Position numbers and translations under genes: made by a program | In this document: one piece after another, positions 17,411 through 33,965 of the stretch | Layout of the letters: each line of letters opens with the position of its first letter | How positions within the stretch are numbered: the stretch's first letter is position 1 | The notes under the pieces: generated by a model | Databases searched by the model: none | What the model was told of the DNA's origin: nothing | What the model saw: the letters and a program-made list of their open reading frames with translations, nothing else | NCBI RefSeq assembly: GCF_009914755.1 | Contig: NC_060948.1 | Length of the DNA: 64,000 bases | Source of the DNA: the human T2T-CHM13v2.0 reference genome, Homo sapiens | Direction: 5' to 3' (one strand)

Positions 17411-17712
17411 CTCCGTTGTGCCTCTGCGCCACTAGAGCTTACCATGTTATATAAAGTCTCTTGGACTCCTAGTCATAACTTGTTAAATGAGACCTTTAGT
17501 CTACTGGTTTAAGATTCTGGATTCTCACAAATTCCACCCATGGAAATAAAGTGTGTGGATACATAAAATGCACTGGAATACTCCTCACTTCTACACAATG
17601 TCAATGTATTAATTAGCAAGTGCTTATTGCACGGTGGCAGACTTTAGCTGGGTGCTAAGGTATGCTACTACTTCGCGTTTTTAGCATCTGCTTAGAAATA
17701 CTCATTTTACTG

Positions 17713-18010
17713 GGCCAGGCACGGTGGCTCATGCCTGTAATCCCAGAACTTCGGAAGGTCAAGGTGGGCAGATCACTTGAGGTCAGGAGTTTGAGACCAG
17801 CCTGGCCAACATGGTGAAGCCCTGTCTCTACTAAAAATACAAAAATTATCCAGGCATGGTGGCGCATGCTTGTAATCCCAGCTACTCAGGAAGCTGAGGT
17901 GGGAGGACCGCTTGAATCCAGTATGTGGAGGTTGCAGTGACCCAAGACTGTATAGCTGCACTCCAGCCTGGGCAAAAGAGCAAGACTCTGTCTTAAAAAA
18001 ATAATAAAAA
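17713..18010 (+). mobile_element. Alu (AluS)
   Basis: full dimer; TSD-like aa(a/g)ta(c/t)tcattttact. Confidence 0.95.
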
Positions 18011-18099
18011 GAAGTATTCATTTTACTATTATTCTATAAATTAGAAGTTACTTAGAGATACTATTTGAAGCAAGTTGTTGTCATCAAAACAATACTCAG

Positions 18100-18527
18100 G
18101 CTCTCGACCTTAGCGCCATTTTCTTGGAAACCTCTGCGCCATGAGAGCCAAGTGGAGGAAGAAGCGAACGCTCAGGCTGAAGCGCCAAAGAAGAAAGATG
18201 AGGCAGAAGTCCAAGTAAACCGCTAGCTTGTTGCACCGTGGAGGCCACAGGAGCAGAAACATGGAACACCAGACGCTGGGGATGCTGGTACAAGTTGTGG
18301 GACTACATGCTACTGCCTAGAGCTTGTCTCAATGGATCTAGAACTTCATCGCCCTCTGATCGCCGATCACCTCTGAGACCCAACTTGCTCATAAACAAAA
18401 CTGCCCATGTCGGTCCTCTGCCCTGGACCTGTGACATTCTGGACTATTTCTGTGTTTATTTGTGGCCGAGTGTAACAACCATATAATAAATCACCTCTTC
18501 CGCTGTTTTAGCTGGAAAAAAAAAAAA
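18100..18527 (+). pseudogene. RPL41: Processed (retro)pseudogene of ribosomal protein L41 (eL41)
   Basis: Intronless 5'UTR-CDS-3'UTR of RPL41 mRNA; AATAAA at 18485-18490; 12-nt poly(A) 18516-18527; TSD aaaa(c/a)aatactcag at 18086-18099 and 18521-18534. Confidence 0.96.
18141..18218 (+). CDS. Open 25-aa RPL41-like ORF inside the retrocopy (expression unknown)
   Basis: gccATG...TAA translates [25 protein letters not shown] vs canonical [25 protein letters not shown]; the frame is certain, coding function is not. Confidence 0.3.
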   Translation: [25 protein letters not shown]

Positions 18528-18988
18528 TACTCAGACACTCAGATCTTCAATGTCAGAATTTTTAAAAACATGACCATGTTCTTTTACAAAAATTCATGCT
18601 CAGTTATCAACTGACGTCTGATCTCAATTCGTACAACCAACTACCCTAAACTGCCTCACTTTGGATTATTTTTAAGCAAACCCCAGATATTAAATCATTT
18701 CATGTGTAAATAACTCAGCGTGTGTTAACAACTCAAGGAAAAATTCCACAGAACCAGAATCTCATTATTATACTTTTAAAAAAGTATTAATTTGTTACTA
18801 TCAAATATTCAGTTAGCATTCCAATTTCTCTGATTGTGTCCTAACTTTTTTTTATACTTTGAGCATCATGTTGTTCTTTGTCATAATTAAAGGTTATCGT
18901 TTCCCAAAGTGTCTTCCTTGAGATGTTAAGTGATGTTATGCAATTTTTACAAAACATCTTGTGGGCCAATAAATTTAGAGGACACTGA

Positions 18989-19328
<340 letters not shown>

Positions 19329-21129
19329 CTCTCACTATAGGACTTTCTTAAGCCTTCGATATATTAGTGTGCATTGAGACCTTCAACAGAGGCACTTGGT
19401 ATGCAGCTTTTCCCAAATCAGTTTGAACATAAATTTTTTTTCTGAAACACACCTTAGAAAATATTGCCATGGGCAAAGATTTTTGTCTCAGTTTTCTTTT
19501 CCTTGTGTGAAATTTAATGGAGTTCATTTTGTCCTCCTAGAAATCTCAATGGAGACCAGTTTCACCTGTACACAGCCTAAATTCTGTTAATGAAGGGATT
19601 GTTTCAGAACAATGGTTACAGGGTTAGCATGTGAGTAGAGCAATGGCCACCATATTTTCTGCAAATAAAAGTTTAATATATGTTGGATTGATACATGGTT
19701 TGAATACATGACTTAGCAAAAATGCACAATATTTAAATCAGCACTATTCTTAGAATTTAGCACGTGTGATCAGGCTTTTGGATAAAATGGGCTGTTCTTT
19801 ACCAGGGAAAACAGCCCATTCTTGCTATGCAACAACTTGCGTAGTGACTATGCTTTCCAAAACTGATAGAACATAGTGTATGAAATAGGATTTCTGTATC
19901 ACAAGGGGCTAGAAGTAAGCGATCTGAGAAATATAGATTTAATTCCAAAAGTAAGAAATGTCTAGGACATTTTATCGGTTTATAGACATAACAAGGCAAA
20001 ACATTTGCAATTAGGTGTCTCTAAGAGGTTTGAGATGTGCTATCTTTGAACGAGAAATGGCCGCATAGACTTATCTAGTTCAAGCACTGGATTTTCAGTT
20101 TCTCTTGAGGTACATGTTCTATGTCTAGTGCTCACTCCATAATCCTAAAACCAATACTATAGAGAAAAAGTGGCTCAATTTATGTTTCAAAATGAAAGCA
20201 GCTATACTGGCAGAGGACAATGATTTCCCATCTCCAATGAGGGACAGGGAGAAAATGGAAGGCTGAAACAATATTATATTAGGATTACACTGAGTTGGCC
20301 CAGGCGACCCTAACTTTTCTATAATATCCCCAGGATCATACCCTCCGCCAGGGCTAGTCTTTGAAATGTCCCTATCTTTTAATCTACAACAGTCACCATC
20401 CCCTATGTAATGAGAATGATGCATATCTGCCCAGGACCTTTCCAAAGCCTGTATCTTTTAGGACAGTCATGAGTGCAGTAGCCCAGGGGTTATGTGTTGT
20501 TTCAGGATTTTACTTAGCTAACTTGCTTTCGCTTGGGCAGAAACAGCAATCAAATTAAAATGAGTGATGCTGATTGGGAGACTGGTTGATTTCTATTTTC
20601 TTTTGCATCAACTGCTCTGAGAGCAAAGTTAGAAAAGTTTGTTTTCGCTGGCAGGCATCGGGAACATGACTGCAATTACCACCCTCTCATTTTCCAAGCT
20701 AAGGCTATAAAGAGTGAAGAATGACAATGTCTTCTTCAACTGCAGCCGCATTTTTTGAATTGCTGGTCTGTGTAAAATTTCTCTATTGCCTCTAGTTAAG
20801 GACCAGGCACCTGTATTGAGGCATTAGCACCAGGCTTGGCTACGGAGGTACAGAGTCAGGCCCTAGACCTTCAGGGGTTTGTAGTCTAACTGGAGAGAGA
20901 TGGCTAAATTATCAATCATGGAGCATGTGGTCTCCTTTCTTTTCAACTTTTTGTTATGAAAAATGTCAACAGTCAGAAAAGCTAAAGGAATATACTGAGC
21001 ACCCACATACTCACCCCTTCAATTAAAAAACTAATAGCTGTGATTACTTGCTTTGTCACTGTGTGTGTGTTTGATATTTTGAACAACTTGAAAGTAAGTT
21101 GCAGAGATCATGACACTTAAAACCCCTAA

Positions 21130-21445
<316 letters not shown>

Positions 21446-21611
21446 CACATCTCTTAAAAATCAGAACATTCTCCTATCTAACCAGAGTACTACTATATCT
21501 AAGAAAATTTTAACTCCCTAATACCATTAATATCCCATAAACATTCAAATATTCTAACTTGTCCCCAAAACATCTTTTGGTGCTGTTTTGTTCTAACCAG
21601 AATGCAATTAA

Positions 21612-21972
<361 letters not shown>

Positions 21973-22199
21973 TAAAACAGGCACCACCACTCCTCTTCCA
22001 TAAGGCACCCTGACTTTTTGAAGCGCTCAGGCCAGTCATAGAATGTCCTACTTTATAGATTTGCTTCATTGCCCTCTCATGGTGTCCGTTAATGTTTTTC
22101 TCTGTCAATGTTTCCTATAAACCAAAACCAGAAATTATGTCAAAAGTCTTGATTAACTTGATTAAACATGCTTGACAAGAAAACTTAAGTACAAATATG

Positions 22200-23130
22200 A
22201 GACAGTGCAGCAGTTTTAGAAAACAATCTGGAAGCTCTTCAAAATGCGAAGCATGGAGTTCCCACCTGATCTGGCAGTTCTGCTCTGAGGTGTACACCCC
22301 CAAAAAATGAAAACCTGTCCAAACAAAAACTTGTAACAAGTATTCATAGCAACGTTATTGATAATAGCTGAAAACTGGAAAACAACTCAACTGTCCATTA
22401 AATAATAGACTTTTTTAATGTGGCAAATTCACTGGTGTGGTGACTCACACCTGTAATCCCAGCACTTTGGGAGGCCAAGGTGGGTGGATCACTTGAGGTC
22501 AGGAATTTGAGACCAGCCTGGCCAACATGCTGAAACCCTGTCTCTACTAAAAATACAAAAATTAGCTGGGCATGGTGGCACACACCTGTAATCCCCGCTA
22601 CTCAGGAGGCTGAGGCATGAGAATCGCTTAACCCAAGAGGCAAAGGTTGCAGTGAACCAAGATCACACCCCTGCACTCCAGCCTAGGTGATAGAGTTAAG
22701 ACTCTGTCTCAAAAAAACAAAAACAAAAACAAAAACAAAAACAAAAAAAGATAAAATGTGGCATATTCATACAATGGAATATTATACAAGGAATAAAGTG
22801 CTGATATCTTGAGGAACCTTGAAAACATCCTGGGTGAAAGAAGCCAGTGACAAAAGACCACATATTAATAATATATGATTCCACTTATATAAAATGTTCA
22901 TAAGAAAATACACAGAAAAGAAAGTAGATTTGTGGTTGCCTAGGGCTAGGGGTGGTAGGAGGGGGATAGAGAAATGACTGCTCATGGCTATGGGGCTTCT
23001 TTTGGGGGTGATGAAAATGTTCTAAAATTAGATTCTGGTGGTGGTACAACTGTGTGAACACAAAAAGCCTTTGAATTGTATCTTTAAATGGGTGGATTGT
23101 GTGACATATGAATTATACCTAAATAAATCT
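22200..23130 (+). mobile_element. Old L1 (L1MB-like) 3' end, split by an Alu
   Basis: gggggtgatgaaaatgttctaaaattagattctggtgg...tgaattatacctaaataaa, L1MB terminal sequence. Confidence 0.8.
22432..22750 (+). mobile_element. Alu (AluS) with (CAAAAA)n tail
   Basis: dimer; TSD aatgtggca(a/t)attca. Confidence 0.95.
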
Positions 23131-23864
23131 GTCAGAAGAAAAAGAAAATGTTCATAGATGCTGCAGTGCATTTTGTATTGTGTTACATCAAGAGGCTCCC
23201 AAGTTCACACCATCCCTGTTTAATGATGCTCAACCTCTTAGTTGAGATGGCGACCTCATGTCTCTCCAAATGAAAGGTTTGCTTTCCATTTGTACAGAGC
23301 AAGCAATCTGTGGGGTGACAGATTGAAACACACAAGCAGCCCACTCCCAGCATCTTTCCACCTCATGTTTTAGCAGACACTGCTAAGTCTGGTAAGACAC
23401 TGCTAAGACTGACAAGTCTTACTGGAATCAATCATTTCACTGGGATTACAGAACGGCCAACAGTTCGTCTTACAGATTCAAAAGCTTAGATGGTTTGACA
23501 GACTTTCCAGAGTCACTAGACAGGATGGTAGCAGAACAGGGACTAGAGCCCAGGGCTCCCTTTTCTAGCCCACTTCTGGTGCCATTGCCTTAGACTGTAA
23601 TTCACCTGTGTATAAAGAGAGCTTCTGCTGCACTGAGGGGCAGGAAAGTGCTGAATAAGGAGTATTTCAAGGATCTGGCCACAAAATTATTGCCTTACAA
23701 CCTGGAGGATATCCAGAAAGACTGTTGCTGTATGCCTTGAAGGTTAATTAGGAAAACACAGGAGGAATCCATCTGTAGCAGAAGCAAAGAATCCCGGCAG
23801 GAACAGCCTCAGCATAGGGGAGAAACACTGTCAGTGAGCAGGGGAGTTAGAATTAGTTATAACC

Positions 23865-24060
23865 TAGCACTAAAGGGCATGAACCCTTGAGCCAAATTGT
23901 CAGGATTTGAGCACCAGCTCTGCCACTTTCTACCATAACCTCTCAGTGCCTTGATTCCTTGCTTATGAAAAGGGGATCATAGTAATACCAACCTCATGGG
24001 GTTTTTATGATAATTAAATGAGTTTGAGAACAGTTCCTAGCAACAGTAAGTTATCAAAAA
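23865..24060 (+). mobile_element. MIR
   Basis: tctcagtgccttgattccttgcttatgaaaaggggatcatagtaataccaacctcatggg. Confidence 0.7.
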
Positions 24061-24593
24061 TATTGGTTACCTTTACATTGCACAAAATGTTTGGATGGCA
24101 ATTTGCAAAGAATAGGAGTGCTATAGAAGTTAATGACAGCCAGCTGCGTTTCCCTCTGGAAACATGGCATTGCCCCTGCTCAGTAAGCACCCCTTGGGCA
24201 CTGCTACTGCAAGAGGCAAAGTGGGTTTTAGGGAAATAAGTCAGGATTGAAACCAGGATATCTGGGTTGCAATCTCACATCTGCCACCTACCACTGAGTG
24301 ATGTAGAGTGAGTCCCCTGTCTTCTCTGAGCCTGTCTCTACAGTGTGAAATGGAGAGGTTGGACTAGTACATGTTCAATGACCTTTCTGCCTCTGACCTC
24401 TGACGTGTGATTCTAAGAGTCTTCAGTGGGTATTTCAGCTCCTGCATCCTGCTCAGGGCTGCTAGGTTATGTAGAGTTGGCTCCTAGAAGTCTAAGGCAT
24501 TACTTCTCTGACGTCAGAGTTGGTACATCTCAGAGCATCCAAGGTTACCCAAGGTTACTTCCATTTATCCATTTATCCATTTATCAAAAGGAG

Positions 24594-24823
24594 TAGATTC
24601 TTCCCTCTGTTGCACAGAAGATTGGTTCTAGAATCCCCACATATTCCACATTGACCATACTCAAGTCCTATACTCAGCCCTGTGTACAGAAAAAGTTGGC
24701 CCTCTGTGTACATGGGTTTCTTGTCCAGGAATACTGTATTTTTGATCCAAGTTTGGTTGAAAAAAAATCCACTTATAAGTGGACCCATGAAGTTCAAACC
24801 CGGGTTATTCAAGAGTCAACTGT
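24594..24823. mobile_element. MER8 (Tc1/mariner Tigger-type) DNA transposon
   Basis: ...aaaaaatccacttataagtggacccatgaagttcaaacccgggttattcaagagtcaactg followed by TA. Confidence 0.8.
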
Positions 24824-24864
24824 AGTTTTAAAAGACTCACCTGAATTAATCAATCCTACAGTGA

Positions 24865-25181
<317 letters not shown>

Positions 25182-25594
25182 TTATAGTTACTCTTATTGT
25201 GAGTCGTAAGTAGCTCATTGTGTCAATGTCATAAAAGTTATGTTTCTTTCATTGTTTTCTACTTTTCAGTCTATCTGCAACTTATAAATAAGCATGTTGG
25301 CTAGAAAACAGAACTCATGGGGAAAAATGTAAATCTTTGTTTGCACAAAGGTTTCTTTGATGTTCATAAGTACACACCATGAAGCACATCTAAATTTGTA
25401 TGTCATATTTATGACTGAGAAATATCAGGTGAAAAATGTAATTCTGGTATGTCCTCAACTCCACATTCCATATATAATATTTTCCTTCTTTGCATTTTGA
25501 GACATAGTAGGCAATCAGCAAAGATAACTGATTGATATTATACCCTATAGTGGAGAAAGAGGGCTGAAAACATCTCCAAGCTGACCCGTCCGCC

Positions 25595-25900
25595 CCTCCC
25601 CTCCCCTCCCCTCCCTTCCCCTCAAGACAGGATCTTGTTCTGCCACCCTGGATGAAGTACAGTGGCACAATCATAGCTCACTGCAGCTATGATCTCCCAG
25701 GCTCAAGTGATCCTTCCACACCAGCCTCCCAAGTAGCTGGGACTACAGGTACATGCCACCATGTCTGGCTTTTATTTTTTTGTAGAGATGGGGTCTCCCT
25801 ATGTTCTCCAGGCTGGTTTCGAACTCCTGGGCTTAAGCGATCTTCCTGCCTTCACCTCCCAAAGTTCTGAGATTACATGCATGAGCCACTGCACCTAACC
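25595..25900 (-). mobile_element. AluJ with (CCCTC)n-converted tail
   Basis: diverged antisense Alu preceded by ccctcccctccc... Confidence 0.88.
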
Positions 25901-26020
25901 TCATTGTTTTCTTTATTCCTGGGTTTCCAGCACCTAGAACAGTGCCTGGTACAAAAGAGTTACTAGAACAATATTGGATGCTGTTGTGGCTTTAAAACAC
26001 ATCCACAGGTCGGGTGCAGT

Positions 26021-26194
26021 CACTCAGACTGAGAGATTCAAGAGAGAGTGGGGAAGAAACTGTGGTGCATTTTGTGATCTAGTCCCTGAAATTGTATGCC
26101 TTCACTTCTGCTTTATGCTAAATCACTAAATCCAGCCTACACTTAAAGGGAGAATAATTACGTTCTACTTCTTGAAAGGAAAAATGTCAAGGAA

Positions 26195-26247
<53 letters not shown>
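26021..26247 (-). repeat. Inverted duplicate of 26744-26854 plus 27031-27131
   Basis: 26021-26121 is the reverse complement of 27031-27131 (4 mismatches in 101); 26121-26197 of 26778-26854 (5 in 77); (TG)n mirrors (CA)n. Confidence 0.95.
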
Positions 26248-26782
<535 letters not shown>

Positions 26783-26885
26783 CCTTGACACCTTTCCTTT
26801 CAAGAAATAGAACTTAATTACTCTCCCTTTAAGTGTAGGCTGGATTTAGTGATTCACTTCTAATGAAAAAAACAAAGCAGAAGTG

Positions 26886-27037
26886 TCTGGGCATGGTGGC
26901 TCACACCAGTAATCCCAGTTTGGGGAGGCCAAGGCAGGAGGATGGCTTAAAGCCAGAAATTCTAAACCAGCCTAGGCAATGTAGCAAGAGCTCATCTCTA
27001 CAAAAACAGAAGTGTAAAAAGTATCAAAAATTAGCAT
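26886..27037 (+). mobile_element. Alu left monomer (FLAM/AluJ half)
   Basis: left arm only; flanked by aagcagaagtg direct repeats. Confidence 0.85.
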
Positions 27038-28119
27038 GAAGCAGAAGTGAAGGCATATAATTTCAGGGACAAGATCACAAAATGCACCACAGTTTCTTCC
27101 TCACTCTCTCTTGAATCTCTCAGTCTGAGTGGAAGTAGCTGATGTATTGTAAGCAGCCCTATGGCAAGGCCCACATAATGAGGAACTGAGGCCTCCAGCC
27201 AACAGCCATGTACATGAACCCTTGTGGAGCAAATCCTCCAGACACAGGCAAGCCTTGAGATGACGGCATTCCCAGCCAACATCTTGACTACAGTCTAATG
27301 GAAGACCCTGAGCCAGAACCACCCAGCTAAGCCATTCTCACATTCCTGACTTTTAGAAACTTTACAAGAAGACGAATGATTGATGTTGTAAGCCGCTAAG
27401 TTTTGAAGTGATTTGTTATGCTGCAATAGTAACTAATACAGATGCATAAATGAATAGAAAATCTGTTGCACATTTATGTACCCGAAGAGTGTCAATATCC
27501 AAACATCTTTTTTTTTCTTTTAAGTTCTCCAATTTATTCATTTTTTGGTTGTGTCAGTAAACATACAACTCCATGGGTAATTTTGTGGTAGAGCTGTCAA
27601 AATAACCATAAAAATATAATGAAATATGATATGATCTGATTAAGATCAAGTAAGATGTGTGAGAAGTCTAGCAAACTGGAGGGAAAATGCTGAAAAGTCA
27701 CACTGGCATGAGACAAAATTCTGTCTTGTCTTCTCCACACTCATGCATAAGCTGGGAGTCCTCTTTTCCTCCTCTTTATAGGGAATAAAGTTGCTTCCCC
27801 TGCTCCTTCCTTTTTGCTTATAAACAAAAAAAGCAAGCTGTAGATTTTTAGCAGCAGCAACCTGCTCTAAAGTAAGCCATGCTATCTAGGAGAAACAGGA
27901 ACATTTCAATCAGGGCTAAGATGATTTATTTAAGGATAAAGAGCCCAATATATCTCAAATGGAATTTTCCAGGAAAGGAACATATTGTGAGTCTAGCTCC
28001 CAAGTTAGTCCGCTGGCTAATACACTGAGAAGCCAGGGTTACTGGTTGTATCTTTCCAAACCAGCATGGTTAGTTTGGTTGGTTTCAACATGGCATAAAT
28101 AAATCCAAACTTCTGAGTT

Positions 28120-28550
28120 TAGTAATCACAGTATTAGAGGTGACACTGACTGCTTCAACAACAACAAAATTAACCCCAAAATGTAGAATGGCTCTCAACA
28201 CAATAGAAGCTTATTTCTCATTAACATAAAGCCCAGAACACACACTCGTGATCAGTAGGAGGCGCTCATCTGAGCCAGGCACCCAGACCCTTCCATCTTG
28301 CGACAGACATATGGCTTCCCATCTGCTGTCTTTGTCCACATGGACACAGAGAAGGTACACAAAGAATTGCAAGGTAGAGAGTCTGTGGGCCAGGCCGTGA
28401 AGTCACAGGCATCACTTCTGCTCAGATTTTCTTGTCTAAGCCTCAGTCACTTGGGCTCCTGACCACAAAGATCACTGGTAAGCACAGGAAGAAGGGGAGA
28501 CAGATGCTTGAACAGTTAGCCCGTCTCTGCCACAGTAAATGGCACCACTT
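28120..28550 (-). mobile_element. Old MaLR LTR (MLT1J/K-like)
   Basis: aacacaatagaagcttatttctcatt...catcacttctgctcagatttt; heavily diverged. Confidence 0.55.
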
Positions 28551-28917
28551 ACTCCTGCACAGCCATAGATAACCTCCTCAGCCATCTCCCCTCCAGAGCC
28601 TATTCCATTCTTACCTGCATCCCTAACCCAAGACAGATTGAACCCCCTTCCTCTCTGCTCCAGGGAACCTTGCACCCATCTTATCTCCATCATATTAATT
28701 ATTGCTCAATTGCCATCATTTATGGGCCTGTCATTCCACTACTGTGTTAGCATCTGGAGAGCAGAGAGCATGTCTTTTCCTCTGTATATCATGGTGTCTG
28801 GCAAAGAGTAGACACTCATTTGACAGATTGAAGGATGAATAAAGTGTTACTCAAAACAAGTCCAGGTAAAATAATATGGAGAATTATGTGTTAAGACTAC
28901 TTTTTGATAGAACACAA

Positions 28918-29200
28918 GGTTGGGCCCAAAGGCTCATGCCTGTAATCCCAGCACTTTGGGAGGCCAAGGAGAGAGGATCACTTGAGCCTGGGAGTTCAAG
29001 ACTGGCCTAGGCAACATAGTGAGACCCTGTTTCTACAAAAGAAAAAAGAATTAGCCAGGCACGGTTGCAAGTACCTATGGTACCAGCTACTTGGGAGACT
29101 GAGCTGAGAAGATCACTTGAGCCCAGGAATTCGATATTACAGTGAGTTATGATCATGCCACTGCACTCACCCTAGGTGACAGAGCAAGAGCTTGTTTCAG
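28918..29200 (+). mobile_element. AluJ
   Basis: gaggatcacttgagcctgggagttc; tail lost. Confidence 0.9.
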
Positions 29201-29430
29201 CACAATGTGAAAAGGAAATATAAGAAATAGCAGAGCCATGCCATATTCAAAAACAAAGGGCAGCTCTTGTGGTTCCATCTCCTATCTGTGAAGTGCCAAG
29301 ACAAAAGCAAGAATTCTAGTATTTATGACAGTCTGGTCATGGGCCATGCGAACTCTCACTTCAACACTCATGTTTTTAGGGTATCTAAGATGTACTGCCA
29401 GGGACCATAACAGGGTGAAAGTTGGACCTG

Positions 29431-29902
<472 letters not shown>

Positions 29903-30338
29903 TCAGATTTCTTGCCAGGGAACAAATGAAGTTGGATTAATTGGCCTTCCATATCTAGAATCCTAAGACTCCTTGAACTAGAGCTTGCCAACAAGCTTAG
30001 GAGGCCAGTAGCTCCCCATCACTGAAAGTATTTGAGCAAAGATGAGATGATCCTAATAACCATGACAGCCTCCTTTATTCTGTGCTTACTATGTTTCTGG
30101 AAGTGTGCTAAGCATTTCTTTTTTTGCATGCTTCCTCTTAAGAATACTATAGAGTAGGTACTAATATCATCCACATTTTACAGGTAAGGAAACTGTTTAC
30201 AGAAGTTAAGTCACTTCCTGAAAGTCATTCTGCTGCCCAATGGTGGTGCCAGGATTTGAGCCCTGACTAGTGTCTTGCTCTGTGTGTCTGTGTGTTGCAT
30301 TTCTGTGCTTGGAAAAGTCTGACTGGATGGCTTCATAA

Positions 30339-30650
<312 letters not shown>

Positions 30651-30699
30651 GGGACACTACTTACTTATGGAAACTATACATTAAGAAATTGAGTGACTG

Positions 30700-31231
<532 letters not shown>

Positions 31232-31289
31232 TTATTTCAGTGGGGGTTTGTTTAGTAGTAGTTGTTTTTTAATTTTGCTTCGGTTTGGT

Positions 31290-31608
31290 TTTTTGAGATG
31301 AAGTCTCACTCTGTTGCCCAGGCTGGAGTGTAGTGGTGGCACTATCACAGCTCACTACAGCCTCAATCTCGGAGGCTCAAGGGATCCTCCTGCCTCAGCC
31401 TCTCATGTAAGTGGGACCTGACTAGCTGGCCAGCCATATCCTGCTAATATTTATTTATTTATTTATTTATTTAGTTAGTTAGTTAGATAGGAAGAGACAA
31501 GTCTCCCCATGTTGGCCAGGCTGGTCTCAAACTCCTGAGCTCAAGTGATCCTCTCACCTCATCCTCACAAAGTGCTGGGATTACAGGCCGGAGCCACAGC
31601 AACTGGCC
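31290..31608 (-). mobile_element. AluJ with (TTTA)n(TTAG)n linker
   Basis: diverged antisense Alu with expanded middle tract. Confidence 0.88.
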
Positions 31609-32065
31609 TTGTTTAGTTTCAGTGAATAAAACTGCCTTTTGAGGGAGCTACAGAGGCAATATAGCAGCTTGGAATCCAGGAAGCTTCCTTGGTCTTGTGT
31701 TTCTAAGGGTCCCAGGCATATTATAAGCAACTGCTCCTGATGGAGGCGCTAGTGTATGAAGAGCTAGGTTCTGGAGCTAGACCGCCTGGACTTCTGTCTT
31801 GATCATGTGCTTTTGGGAACATGACCTATCCCGTCAGTGCCTCACCCTCTTCACATGCAAAGTAGAAACAATGACAGCAGCTGCCTCGTTGGGGTTACTA
31901 TGATGATGTATGTCATGACTTAAAACACATAAGGTGCCGACAGCAGTGGCTGGTACGTAATGGATACTTAACAGAGCCATTCCTTTCAGGGTCAATGGGG
32001 TGATGGCTATTTTATTTTTTTCTTTTTTATCAATTTGAGACCAAGCACTCAAGAAAAAAAATTCA

Positions 32066-32366
32066 GGCCAGACGTAGTGGCTCACGCCTCTAATCCCAGC
32101 ACTTTGGAAGGCTGAGGTGGGTGGATCTCTGGAGGTCAGAAGTTCAAAACCAGCCTGGCCAACATGGAGAAACCCCATCTCTACTAAAAATACAAAAATT
32201 AGCCGGGTGTGGTGGCACATGCCTGTAATACCAGCTACTCGGGAAACTGAGGTGGGAGGATCACTTGAACTTAGGAGGCGGAGGTTGCAGTGAGCTGGGA
32301 TCATGCCTCTGTACTCCTGCACTCCAGCCTGGGGGAAAGAACAAGACTCTGTCAAAAAAAAAAAAA
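32066..32366 (+). mobile_element. Alu (AluS)
   Basis: full dimer with A tail. Confidence 0.95.
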
Positions 32367-32545
32367 TCATCCTGAGGTCATAAAGCGAAAGAGTAACAAA
32401 GGTGGGCAGGCAGGAACTACTCAGCAGTGTAGAATGGGCCCTAGAAGCAAGGATTATTCCAGAGTCATCTGAACTCAGACTCACAGGCATCACCGACAGG
32501 CCAGTCCTGCCCCAGCTCAAGCCCTGGTACTAGGGGGCCCAGGCT

Positions 32546-32564
32546 GGGTGGGGGCGGGTAGGGG
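32546..32564 (+). other. G-quadruplex motif containing a GC box
   Basis: GGG-T-GGGGG-C-GGG-TA-GGGG; includes GGGGCGGG. Confidence 0.6.
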
Positions 32565-33150
32565 TTGGCCCTTGCAAAACAGCCTCTATCCTGTGCAACA
32601 GTTTATAATTCAGCAGAGAGTGTTTTGTTTTTAAGAAATGTCCAACTGGATATATGGCATTGCTGTTAAAACTGTTTTTATTACCTTATGGAACTACAAG
32701 AAAGCCTAGGGATGTATTAATACATATAGGGTTGACAGGCCCATAACTATAAAGTAATGGCAGGCATTATCCATATATATTCATGGAAGTGGGAGTCCAG
32801 GGGCAGACACAGAACATTCCCAGAGGGAGCTGATGCACTTTATTATTTTTATGTAGGTTCAGATATTATTTCTCAGGTACAGCATAAAATGATGCTTTAT
32901 TCCATCAACTATAACCCAGGCACACAGAATCATTCCATTTCCCAAAGGAATACAAGCAAATAAACCTTTAGGCAGCAAACAGAAATGCATTTTCTCTCCT
33001 CTCCCTGCCTTCTTTTGAGGAACAGAATTAGCAGGTTTGCCTAGAGTGCACTCTTCTCTCTTGAACCACATCTTCAATCCCCAAAGGGAACACAGTGAGA
33101 TCTTCCCCAAAGGTAGTTCAAAGCTGGGGGCCCTTTCATTTGCCAGGATC

Positions 33151-33425
33151 TAACCCAGCTACTCAGGAGGCTGAGGCAGGAGGATCACTTTAGCCCAGGA
33201 TTTCAAGAGCAGCCTGGACAACATAGTGAGACCCTGTCTCTACAAAAAAATTTTAAAAATTAGCCGAATGTGGTGGGGCATGCCTGTAGTCCCAGCTACT
33301 CAGGAGGCTGAGGTGGGAGGATTGCTTGAGCCCAGGAGTTTGAGGTTATAGTGAGTAGTGATGGCATCCGTGCCCTCTATCCTGGACGACAGACCAAGAG
33401 TCCAGCCCTAAAAAAAAAAAAAATA
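33151..33425 (+). mobile_element. AluJ lacking its first ~25 nt
   Basis: starts at taacccagctactcaggagg; rest of dimer and A tail present. Confidence 0.9.
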
Positions 33426-33665
33426 ATTAAAAATTTTTAAATCTTTAAAAATTAAAAATCTTAAATTTTTCCTTAAGATTTATAAGAGGACTCAGTAAAG
33501 GCTGTGCTGGCAATAACATCAAACTACTGAATTCTTTGAGAACTCACTGGAGATTATTATTTTGCATGACATAACTAAACATCTTAATGGTTGACTTAAT
33601 TACTTAGATGTCAGTCTGTATGTTTTTGGTGTCATAAGTACAAAGCTTAGAAATGTTACTTTTAG

Positions 33666-33965
<300 letters not shown>

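Noticed and set aside
18238-18486. 82-aa ORF near the RPL41 copy
   Set aside because: Starts at GTG within the RPL41 3'UTR; incidental
23375-23414. 20-bp imperfect tandem duplication (similar ones at ~24539-24586 and 50436-50470)
   Set aside because: Ordinary slippage duplications; two or three units, no spacers, not CRISPR-like
27995-28100. Faint tRNA-like/ancient SINE similarity (also ~11860-11925)
   Set aside because: No intact cloverleaf or A/B boxes; too degraded to call
31834-32520. Longest ORF (228 aa, minus strand)
   Set aside because: Core is antisense Alu translation ([11 protein letters not shown]...SAGIRGVSH); no domain or exon structure
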